Shown here in pieces: positions 15,101 through 27,100 of a stretch of 64,000 nucleotides of DNA; the stretch's first letter is position 1; each line of letters begins with the position of its first letter. The notes under the pieces are model-generated. The model ran no database searches, had not been told where the DNA came from, and saw only the letters and a list, made by a program, of their open reading frames with translations. A program made the translations under genes and the position numbers. Source of the stretch: Iphione sp. A-MEVVRFRX5 (taxonomy: Eukaryota); the NCBI GenBank assembly GCA_976226885.1, contig OZ320313.1, forward strand, positions 160,208,001-160,272,000, written 5' to 3'.

Positions 15101-18100
15101 CGAAGTTATTTATACTATTGGGAGAGAAACTGATTCGTATACATGCACTTTGTACTTTTCATTTTGAAAGTTTTCTAGGTGGCTGTATTGAACCGATGGC
15201 ATAATTTTGTTTCAGCTGTTGTACACAGGAATGTTAGAAACAACGAAAATCCGAAGGGAAGGATTTGCTGTCAGGCCGTCCTTCGAGGAATTCGTGAACA
15301 AGTATGTTTTTTTCCGAATCAACTGATCATTATGAGTTAGAATGGTAATAAAATTCCAATATGCTTTTAACTTTCCGGTCATTAATTGTATACGATTTCA
15401 ACAAATGTTTCCTACTAAATGTAACATGAATAGACGAGTAAGCCACAAACCCAATCAAGATTACCCCGTGGTGTAAAGAGTGCGTACAAAAGCATGAGCA
15501 TATTTTTGTATGTACAGTACACGGGTACTTGTGGCGCCAAGTCCTCCTTCTTTTCCACCATGCAAAGTTAATGCACACATTTCCAGAATTACTCTTTTCC
15601 TGCCAAAATAAGACAAAAAATACCGGATACACTTTTAGTAAGGATTCCACATATGCTCCATTATGTCTCTACATGTATATCCTAGCAATAAAGTGCTAGC
15701 TCAAACCTATAATTTGCATCAATGCCCCCCCTCCTCACCGTCATGTTAAAGGCAGGGCATGCATGGTAAAAAGGTTTTGAAATACTCCCCTTTAACAGAT
15801 ATCTGGTTTCAGAAATATACTGACTTTCTTTGGATCGAAATGACGCACTGGGACATATTAAAAACTATTATAGGCAGAAAAAAATAAATTTAGCAGGTGA
15901 TCGTAATCTGCCATGATTTGTGATAGTTATCTTGGTAGTAACAAACTTTCGTTCGTCATGAATGTTCACCGTTTATCGGATAAGCAAAGTAAAACAGCTA
16001 AGATGATAGCTGAATATCTACTGCCTGGTTAAAAATTAAGGGGTAAGCATTTTCCCCAAAGCCTGTATTGTGTTGATGTAGGCGAGCACGTTTTCCCTAA
16101 GCATGAGAGTCAGCCTCCCAAACACCCGTGTAGTCCTGTTCACCACATACAGGCGAGTGGTCAGAAACACACAATATATAAAGGAGAACCGCAGCTTATC
16201 GATGTTTCATCGAACTGTCTGTAGCAATCTTATTCTGTTTTTAGATTCAAGGTAATTGCCCGGAGACTGTCAATGCCTGCAAACTCTGACTCCTGTCGTG
16301 CAATTCTAACTGCCAGTAAGCTGTCTGGATGGCACATAGGGTAAGTTTAAGCCATTAAGGGATCAGACAGGGATCAGATTACGCTACTAATGGGCAAGTG
16401 TGTCTGGCAGGATATCCTCCCAAAGGGCGAGAAGTATTACATAATTATACTATTTCAATGCATGTTACATAAAAAAGGCATGAATGATTATGAGTTTCTG
16501 TCTTTTATAGTGAATATTGAAATCATTATAATTGTATGATATTTTTTGTGGTACAAGCCACAAAAAGGTATAATTCGTCCTACCTATGGTAATGCCTCTT
16601 GGCATCACTCACCTCCATTGGGTTTAACGAATTGTTAATACACTACATGTACTTAGTTGCTGATCCCTAGCGAAGCACTGATCTATAGTTTCTCAGGATA
16701 TATTCCTTGTTTGTATATGAGAGTCTTCACATAATAATAACACAAATACACCAGGTAGCTTATATATGAATGTTGTCTTTTCAATAGGAAAACAAAAGTG
16801 TTCCTAAAGTACTGGCATCTGGAAAAGCTTGGAGAACTTCTAGAAGAATTAGGAAAACTAGTGATTCGTATTCAGAAAGGTATGTAAGCTTACACGATGT
16901 TCTGTCTCTAAATTCCTGTCGATAATCCTGGGAAATTGGAGTGGATACCATCCTTGTTCTTTTATCTGTTAGCATGTTAGCAATTCTCTCTCTGCCTTTT
17001 ATCCCATTCAGGGCTGGATTAGGTATGAGGTAATTGCCTTACAGGACGAGGATATCTGGTTAGATATCCTTCTGAAGAGTGAGGGACATTATTAAATGAT
17101 GGTATTTCAAAGCCTGCTACATAAAAGGTATACAAATTAGAATCACTTCTTGGCATTGCTCATAGAAAATGGCATAATAATAGCTATTTTAGACGTATTC
17201 TTTAATGAAAATTCTAGGAATACTGCAAAACTATACCCTGGTCCATGATGCCTGAAGGCATCCCTACCAAGGATTATGAGACCACATCTGGATTATAGCA
17301 CAGTATTTCTGGGACACCAACCAGAAAAGAAAATTAGATAGGCTTGAAAGGTTACAAAACAGAGTATTATCAATCATATACAAAGCAGGGAGCAAAACAA
17401 GTTCCTACAAATTGATGGTTAATTTACACTGTATCTATAACATCGAAAGCACTCAAAGAAGGATGTACTGTTTCCAGCTGTGCACCATCAACTGTATGGT
17501 TAAGAACAAACTACTTCCTATGAAACCTGTCCTATCCACAAGAAATGCTGCTAGCCCGCTAGTTCTTTTATGTAAACCAAAGAGTAATAAGGTAAAAAAT
17601 CAATACGTCATTCAGGTATAAAAACTGGAATGATGTAGATATAAATATAAAACGCCCTATGCGGGGCGAGGATCGGAATAAAATTCTTTTCAATTCAATT
17701 CAGTCAATTCAATCCTTCACCCTTTACATGGGAATGCCTTCAGGAATTCCCTCAAGTATCATCCGCCCTTATAGGGCTAAGCAGTTTATTTATATTCCCC
17801 CAAATAACACTTACACTGGGTTATATTTATCGCCTCCCTCAAGGAGACATTTAGTTCACTTACATGTGAAAAGGATGATATGTATAATGAAAGAATTATA
17901 TTCATGCATCAGATTAGAAAAATTGTACTGGCCTGTATTAAAATTATATCTGTTGATTGGCCTTGATTCGCTGCAGTTGTTCGAGGTTATCTCGCCAGAA
18001 GGCGGGTATATCATCTCCGCAAAGAAATAGCCCGACAAAAGGCAGAGGAGGAGAGGAGGCTCCGAGAATCCCGCAGCCTGCCTCCAGTACCACAAGTCGT

Positions 18101-21100
18101 GCCATCTGCTCCAGTGCCCGCAGAACTACCGGTGGGTTCAGTCCCTGTAAAATCTGAGCTGATAAGTAAAGTCGAGGAGCAATTTGATGTTTGCAAACTA
18201 AAACTGTTTAATGCAACATTCAAGATACTATCTAAATCTGTCTATTTTATTCATTGTGGTTGTGTAGCAGGAGGTGGACCATGCCCAATACGTTTGTATT
18301 TCCATTTTAGGTCGCTTATAATCAAGTTGCAGATGATGCGAATAATGCTCAAATACTGTGTTTCATCTAGCTCCAGTTGACATTAAAATGTGACTTCTAT
18401 ACACTAAAGGCTATGCTTTGGTGATAATATTTCTCTATGTCGAGGACTGTGGCTTATACATGAAGCCAGACGTATTAAAAGATTTTCTCTGTACAACATA
18501 GAAGCATTCTTCTTAATACACTGTCTGTTATGGAATACCATCTGAAGGTCAACAGTATCAGTACACTAGCACTACAGGAGACCTGGCTAAATGGGAAAAT
18601 AAGACATTTACTGTATTGATGGCAATGTCTGTCTAAGATTGGATAGAAATATTAAGAATTCAGTAATAATAATCTATGCAGTCTTTAGGCCAAAAAGAAA
18701 TATGTGTGTTTCTGGTAATGACCATGCAAAAAGCTAGGTAGTGAGGGAGGTATCTTTTTTTTTTTTTTTTTAGATTTTTTCCAGTTTCTTCCTCCAGTTT
18801 TAAATAATAAAAAAGACAAGATCAAGAATTTTGACCAATCTGTATGAGTTTTACAGTTTTTTAGTGAATTTCCATGGATTTTATTGTTTTTCTACTGAAT
18901 TTACAAAAAAAACATGTGTCATGAAAACACATATCTAAGGAAATTCAGCCTTGGGAATTCTTTGGGGCCAAAAACTTTTAGGTAGGGTGGTTTTGCTAGG
19001 TAGGCATGGGTTACCAGAAACACACCTATCTTGGGGGGGGGGGCCTTAATATCTGTAGAAACAAGATTACTTGTGCTGTTAACTGGTGGTTTCAGATCAT
19101 CAAGTTAAATGGAAAGAGAAAAAACGAAATGAAAATAATGTTTTCCCCACCAGAAACTCCAAAATTACTAATGAAGACTCTATTCATGCTAAATTGAAAC
19201 TATTTGGTTCTATGAGAAAGTGGTCTCCCCCCACCCTCCCTGTTATCTGGTCTCTAACCAGGAGTCCACTGTACCATAGAAATTTTATTCAATCTAATAT
19301 CAAAACTGCTAAAGGATGCATATGAAAAAAAAATTAGAATCTAAGAAGTAACACCGCTTATACTGGAATTTATACAAATTGCTTTGAGTGAGAAACAAAA
19401 TACGTGTACATGTAGTACGAAAGGTATTGCTATGGAAATACATGGATCTCAGTTTTAACCTGATAAAATACTATATATATTGAACAATCATGTGAATGTT
19501 TGCAGTTATATATTATTACCTACTCTCAATATGATTATGCTGAAATGAAAAAAATACCTTCTATTAGAAAAACCTACAACTTAGTTTTTGGAGACCTTTA
19601 AAAGGCGTTGATATGGTGAACGATCAATGAATTCTATTTTGCTATGAAGGCTTTAGACCGGTTCTCTATCTATCTTAATCACAAACATCAATTGTTTGCT
19701 GTAAACAATATGAACTCTAGCTAATATTTGTTGCTGGCATAGTGAAGGGACTGGCATAGCGAAAGACACATTGTATGTACAGACCGTTGTTTCGGGATAC
19801 ATGAATATCAACTCCACTGTTTCTTATTATGACAGAATGATTTCGACAAATGTTAAAATATCGACCATTTCTGATTCTCTATTTATCCTCAGACATATGC
19901 AACACAGTTACCGCAAAACCCACACGACGATGGGGACAATTTCGACATGGTGAAGGTCAACAAACCCTCTAAGCCCGACTCCAGGAAGATGTCACTTCGC
20001 TGGTTCCAGGAGACACAGCTGCCACAGCTTCAGGAGGCACCTGGCCAGTTTGCCGAATGGTTCCATGGCATCATCACACGCAAGTAAGCTGCTAATGAAA
20101 CTCTCTTAATGGATCAACATATTCGGCAAATGCAGCAAAAGAAAAACCAGTATATATTATATAAGTAGATGTCCTGGAATTAAGACCGAGGTATTATACA
20201 AGCGAACAACGGTGCTGGACTGTAGTAACCAGTATACATGTGCATGTACATGTCTTCTAGAGAGAAGACCTGGGACATATATACATGTATATTATATTCA
20301 ATGAATTATATGTGTTATGTCCCCCGCCCCTCTAAAAAAATATGTTCCATTTTTGCAAATGGACATCTCCACGTTATGTGATGCATAGAAACTGAGGGGG
20401 TATCACCTACACTTGATATGAAACTGGCGGACGTCAGCCCCCATTCCTACTTTCCTGATAAGATTGAGACTTTCTGTAAAACATAACTAGGGTGCATACT
20501 CCATGCTTGATTCGTGATTCTGAGACCAGTCCCTTCCTTGCAGGGAAGCTGAACGCCTTCTCAAACATCAGTCTATGGGTTGTTTCCTCATCCGTGTTAG
20601 TGAGAGCCGTTTTGGATACTCACTCTCTTTCAAGTAAGTCGCCTAATAGAAACAGCCTACGCCTGCACGTGCTATAAACAAAAAAAAAAGGTTTCAATAG
20701 GATGGAACACTCATTATTGTCTTTAAAATACAGGATGAATTCAGTTTTAGAACACGGACTGTAGTATGGTTCATATCGTAATGAATGTCAGCAAGGATGC
20801 TTAGTAAAGGGACACTGCTCAGACCCAGTTAGAGTACAATTTGGTGTTCCACAGGGGTCTACTCTAAAGGGACACTGCTCAGACCCAGTTAGAGTACAAT
20901 TTGGTGTTCCAAAGGGGTCTACTCTACGCGTTTAAATTTCCATTCCAGACATGATATGACGTTTCATGTCAATGAGGAAGGCATCTTATGTGATGCATTT
21001 CTGATCGTCTATGATAAAAAATTAGTCTAGCCATCTGGCATCAGCCCTGTACTGGAATATATACTACAGTAACCATGTCAGAGGCAACATGCAAAAGAAA

Positions 21101-24100
21101 AGAACACAGACTTTCAGGTACTATTAATTTCTGATCTTAAGTTTTATTTTTTGCCAATACCAAGCCCGTACTGGCACCAGAGGTAAACCTTAACAAATTG
21201 CCAGTACTGGACTAGGACTGGTGTAACTTTACTGTTCGTGTAGTATATATTCCAGTACAGGGCTGATGATAGACCTGCACTGCACCTGTACAGCACTGTG
21301 AGTACTGGGCCATTAGGCACCCAATGTGCATTTCAGTACTGGCCTGGTACTGATAGCCTGTACTGGACTGTTATCTTAAACTGTACTGGTCCAGCACAGG
21401 TCTATTACAGTCATGGTTACCTGGAAATCAATTGCCTATATAATGTCCATACTTTGGCTGTTTATATTTACCTACATAACATTGGCACAATTCTTAGCAT
21501 ATTCTTCACATCACTTACCTCTCTATTGACACTACCTATTAAAAATGTCTCCTAAAAGTAGTCCGTCCCCAGTGAAGTCTCATGGGGTGTGTGAGATTTG
21601 TGTGGGACTTCTTTGTTTTTGCATATTTGCTATACAAAAAGTTACTTTTTCTTAAAAATGGACAATATAATTGCTTCATACAGTTTAGTATTCAGCATAT
21701 ACAAAAATGTGTAGGATGAACTGCACTACTTGTTCTGTTAGTGTAAGGATATTGTCCTACTTTGCTTTGAGTTTCTATGTCATCCATACACATCTGTTGT
21801 TATGCAATAGACTGCCCAACTGTTTAGAACCAGTGCAGATGCTCAAGGCGCTTGTTAACATAAAACCTAATGGACTATTCTCCTCACATCAGAGGTTGCA
21901 TCGGGAGGTGACCTAGTTATGCACTGCCCCAACATTCCAGTGACAGTCTGCACTGACAGCTACCTAAAACACTGATTTTACACTGCTGCCATTTTGATAG
22001 TTATGCACAGAAATCATTCATATCTGGACTGAATGATCTTTGATACCTTAGGTATACAAATGCTGAAGCATTTCTTCCTACTTTTCATAGTTTTTTTCAT
22101 AATGGCTTAAGAGAGATCACCCTCTATCTGCAGTTTACTAGACCTGCTATGTGACTGTCATTTTCAGAACTAGGGCTTTCTCGCTCTGCATGCTGATTGG
22201 CTATGACTGGGTCACTGGTTAAAGATGGGTCATTGTAATGGGCAGAGGCAAAGAGTCCATTATCTGCTGTGGGGGAAACATTTCTTTACAATCAGCTAGA
22301 TCTCTTAACCTTAGAAATGGCATCACTATTGTGAGGTCGTGGGAAAAAAAAACAGCACATGCAGTATTACCTGGACTTTTATAGCATTCGAGACTCGATA
22401 TGGCAGGTTCTATAGCTTTCTGCATGGTTTTGCACCTCCGTATCTCCCCGCTTCCCCTGAAATGGTGAGAGCTCATTCTGTGCGTAAACTTGCAGTGTCT
22501 AATAGTAATGTAAGATACAAATTTGTATCGATGATTATGTTTTATGTACGAGGAGGAGGGATCTATATTGATAAATTCTAAAATTTTCCAGGGAAAAACC
22601 AACCTCATGGCTGTCCTGACTACCTCAGTTTTATATATGGTCGTGATATTTTATGAAGTATTTTATTCCAGCCTCGTGCTGGGATAAATTGAGGTTACTG
22701 ACCTCTAGTGGGGGGTATGGTAAACAAGTGTGTACCAACACTGTCACCATGAGAAAGAAAATAGTTTCACATACAATAAATAGGACATTTAAATAAATGT
22801 CAAGGCTGGAATAAAGACAAAACCTGTACCTATGGTGAGCTGGGGATGAAGCAAATACTTGTCCAGGCAGCATTATCATACCAAACTCGGCCTTCCTCCC
22901 TCTTTTGGTATGCATGCTACCTGAACTCGTATTTTTGCTTCATCCAAGCACACCATACCTGTTTTGTCTAAGAATCATATGAATCACTATCAAATAATAG
23001 CTATTGTCACTACATATATTTGAGGTTTTGAGGCATTCCAAGTATGGGGACTCTGAAGTAGCTAGCCCTGACCGTGTAAATATTAGGCAACAAACGCCTG
23101 ACTAAATATGTATCAACTAAAATAGATTCAAGCTTAATCTACAGTGTCTTAATCTACTTAATCTACCCTTGCCACGTCAGCACAGTTTTAATCTGGTAAC
23201 GTGATTCAACCAACAGAGCTGAGGACAGGTGTCGCCACTATATGATTGACCAGACACCTAGCGGCAAGTACGTTATCGTTGGCGAGCCTCGTGTGCACCG
23301 ATCTCTCAATGAACTGATCCAGTACTACCGACGAGTGAGTGATCAAGTTGCTCATATAGATTCCTAGATGGCTTAGTGGAGCCGACCTTTCGACAAACAA
23401 AACTTCCCTTGTGCCGTCCAGTCTTACTAATTAGATTTTCTTTCCATTAAATTCCATCCGAAATGGTCTAATCTCTCCAAATTTCTATGAACAAAAATCC
23501 AGTCAAGCTCTATCTGCCAATGTTTTGTTTCAATGAAAAAACGAATATACAACAATGCTTTCTGCTTATCCATTTAAATGAAATATGCCCATATTTTGGT
23601 CAGCTCACCAAACACACTCCCTGCAGTGCTATAAGATAGCAATATCATGACCAACATTTCAGAACTAAGGATTCCAGATCATCTTGGAATCTTGTATTTT
23701 CTCTAAATGAAAGCAGCTGGACATTACCAAATACATACTTGTACAATGATATCCATGTGTGTTTGTGATACAGTGCGTCAAAATATGGCTATTAAAGGTG
23801 ACTGCTTTGGTCAATCTTAGCAAATTGTTCCTTCGGTATGTAATCGTGATGTGTTTAATGCCTTGTTTAATGCAGACGGCCCTGTCAAACTGGGCCCACA
23901 CACTGGGTTCACCTTGTGGTCAGGAAGAGGGGCAGTGTGATTACTGGGATCTGCTCAACGAGGAGAACCGCCAGCTCCTGCAAGTATGTATGATTTATTT
24001 TTTTTACAGGACATCTTATAGAAAGATTGCCTCGAGACGTATCTTATTTTTTTAAAAAAACCAAGGTTCAGATCCCAAGGCATCTTCATTGTCTGCAAAC

Positions 24101-27100
24101 TTTAGTTTTAAAAAGTACGTGCCGTTGATGATGATTTTTTCTGTGTACTCGTTTCAGAGACCAAAATACAGTGCACCTACGGTAACGATGGTTTCTTAAT
24201 TGGCCTGCTTACATGGTTTATTGGGCTTATGTACTGCACTCACGACCAGACTAACACTTCCACAGCGTCTGCATGGCAATAACAATTTATCAAATTAATG
24301 GCAGTATCTTTCATTTACTACAACCGCTTTGAAAGTCCGAATGTCACAGTCCAAGAAAATTTAGGGCTAATCTCGAGTTTTTTAGAATGGAATATCTAAA
24401 CCAACTGCTCAAAGAGTTGCCTTTCGTATAAAAGTCCATAATGGACTGGTACCTAACAGGTTTCATAACAGCCATTATTTTCTGGCGAACGAAATGCATG
24501 TGATACTCTTCCCTAAAACATCCAAAATGTGTTCCATCACATGCATGCCTGTCCTAACGTTTTTCAAGTATAATATTCACTATAACAGAGACCGGTATCT
24601 AAGGTTATTTTGAGAATATCGGAATCATCAAACGGCTCATTACCATATAAGTACTGCATGTGAAGTTTTTATGCATCAATTATATTTACCTACAGTTCAG
24701 ATGGTTTTAGTCCCATTTTGTATTACAGAGTTTTGTGAAGAAAGAATAGCCTACATAAGCACAAATGCATTCGTTATATACCTACAAGAATTATGTTCCA
24801 TGTGGGTGATCCTTCATCGTCATGAAATCGAAGTTATGGGTTTTCTATGACACTAAGGATTGTCCAAAGCAAACAGCACAAGTATTATCCATAGAGTACA
24901 ACGTTTGGGTGCCAGCATATCCACTAAGCATCAAGTCAGCCATTGTTAGTATCTCCAACTTCTAATTATATATAACTGTATGGAGAGATGACCTCATGCG
25001 ACTGCATCTACATGCATTAGCACATCTATACAGAATTCAGTATATTACCCTTGACGGGAAGGGGTTCTTTTTGTAAACTTTGCTCTGATTAATGATCCAT
25101 TAGATAGGTTTGCCGACAGACCTCTATAATTATTGTCTTACAAAATTGGGTACATGGGACAAAAACATGTCCCGGCACTACATATACGACTTCTTGTCGA
25201 TAGGATATTGAGATAACGTTCTTGATCAGCAGTTTATAATAAAGCTGTGTCCATTCATGCTTCAATCCTAATGATTTAAGAGCTTTTTCTTAAAAAGAAA
25301 AGCATATTCCATTGGCCATGCTCTATATCAAATGGGTCTAAGCGAGCGTTGTGGCTTAAATGCCTGCGACACATAATTGTAATTTCCGATTTCGCTACAT
25401 GTACATCTACGCTACTTTGGGCATTGTGTCATGGGACCGCATTGCAGCGATGGCTTTTCTCTGTTACTGCTCAGCAGATTCATTTTCCCCTTTTGCTTGC
25501 ATGTTGGCTTATATTCCGAATTTCTTGCAGCCGAACGATCCCGATGGGAGTGGTGACACGTACCTCACGGCACTCGACCCGCCTCTTGTAAGAAGTGTTG
25601 CCCTCTAATAACACTTTGCCATTCACCTTCAGAAACGCTCAGGAGCTTAAGGCACCCTCCTCCGTAGCACACCTGACACTAGATGTTTTACCAACGTTTA
25701 ACACAAATCAAACATATATATGCATGTTTCCACGGAACCTGTAGATGTGGGTGGTCTCCTTAGAGTAGTCCACTAAGTTTCTGTCTTAATTTCCCTCGGT
25801 TTTTAATGTGGTTAATATTTCTAACAGATTTCTTTTCCATACTCAGGCTAGTGAAAGGCCTGATGGAAAACTCTCTTTGAAAAAAAACACAAGCTTTAAT
25901 TCCAGTATGACCAATCTAGTTAGTCTAACCTATGTTGATGAACACTGCCCACTGACATTTTCATAGGTATTGGTATTTGTCACATGGAATAACAAGAGTG
26001 TGATTAACCAATTTGGTAGTGCTTGGTTATTTTTGTCATCATTGTTCACCGAGTCATGTCGTCAACGCACGGTTCTTCAACGTTTTTGCCCTGCAGTAGT
26101 ACGTACATTATGCTCAGAAGAATTTAAGTACGCTTTCCCCCTTGACTCAGGATATATGCTGTCGGCATAGCATGTAGGCCAGCGTTTCAATATTCTATTT
26201 GATTTCCTGGAACAGAAGAAATCAGTATTGGATGCGTTTGATGACGGCAAAGTGGGCCTCCGAGGGGCCAATTCAAGACGAATAGCGGTAAATATAAGGT
26301 TGCCTTGCGTGGATTATCACCCTCTTTAATTTTCTAGATAGACGGCCGATGTGGAGTCCTTGTCCCTCTTTTGTTGCTATTATTTTCATTTTCCTAGCAG
26401 AATTTGTGGTGTTCTCTGTTCTTTCCCATGATTTAATATCCTTATTAGTGTGTTTACTTTAAGTTTCCATTTTGTTCCTCATTGCCCTCTTCATTTTTAA
26501 ACCCGTTTTTTTTATCCTGTTCTCCATTAACATAGCAGTATAACCATAATGGATTGGGAATCTCTGTTTGCAATCTACCAGTGGTATTAAGACTTTAAGC
26601 GAAGAGCAAAGTGCAGGGGCAGATTCAGTGGGAGGGGATCTGAGGAACATGTGCCTCTCCGGTCTGTGTCGCCAATCTGAAAGATCTCTCAGTAACTACC
26701 TAAAAGACATATATTTTCTCTATAGGTAACTCAAAAACCGAACACTCAAAAACCGAATTTTCCCAAATCCAAACATAATTTGCAGGAACCAATTGTTTTT
26801 CTGTTAAAATACTCATATAACCAAACATTTTCCTCCAAAATCTGAACGATTTTATGCCATTTCTGGCTAATTTTTGCCAATTTTGGGACAGATCTGGCTG
26901 GTTTTTGACGAATTTGGCTACTTTTTGGCAATTTTCGGACGATTTTGCCTAAATTTTGCCGATTTCGGGATGAATTTGGCTGAGTTTGGCCGATTTTCGG
27001 CCGAATTTGGCTGAATAATGCCCATTTTCGGACGAATTTGCCTAAACCTTGCCAATTCGGGAATTAAGAATATGACTTACATATGTATATGTTAAAGAGT

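Larger units (their letters stand above)
177..16879 (+). other. Myosin motor domain exons (N-terminus lies upstream of the window)
   Basis: P-loop GESGAGKT (4702-4725), switch I NDNSSRFG (exon 6705-6807), switch II LDIFGFE (exon 11080-11300), HYAG (exon 12410-12526), SH1 helix [14 protein letters not shown] (exon 15216-15301), converter GKTKVFLK (exon 16788-16879). Confidence 0.95.
20058..23983 (+). other. SH2 domain (SH2D2A/SH2D4A/HSH2D-like) in the myosin tail
   Basis: Spliced: [95 protein letters not shown], from exons 19893-20083, 20544-20633, 23217-23334 and 23876-23983. Confidence 0.92.

Noticed and set aside
17654-17777. Imperfect terminal inverted repeat (gccctat..ggcg..gat / atccgcccttatagggc)
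   Set aside because: The match is too short and gapped, and no TSD could be defined.
19086-19325. Possible extra myosin exon ([15 protein letters not shown]...)
   Set aside because: The acceptor would need phase 1, there is no good donor, and flanking exons 18131 and 19893 already join in phase 0.
20805-20926. CRISPR-like array
   Set aside because: It is two contiguous units with no spacers, in a eukaryotic intron; an ordinary tandem duplication.
26581-26726. Open frame with an AG/GTAACT donor in the myosin tail intron
   Set aside because: It needs phase-2 neighbours; the adjacent exons are phase 0.
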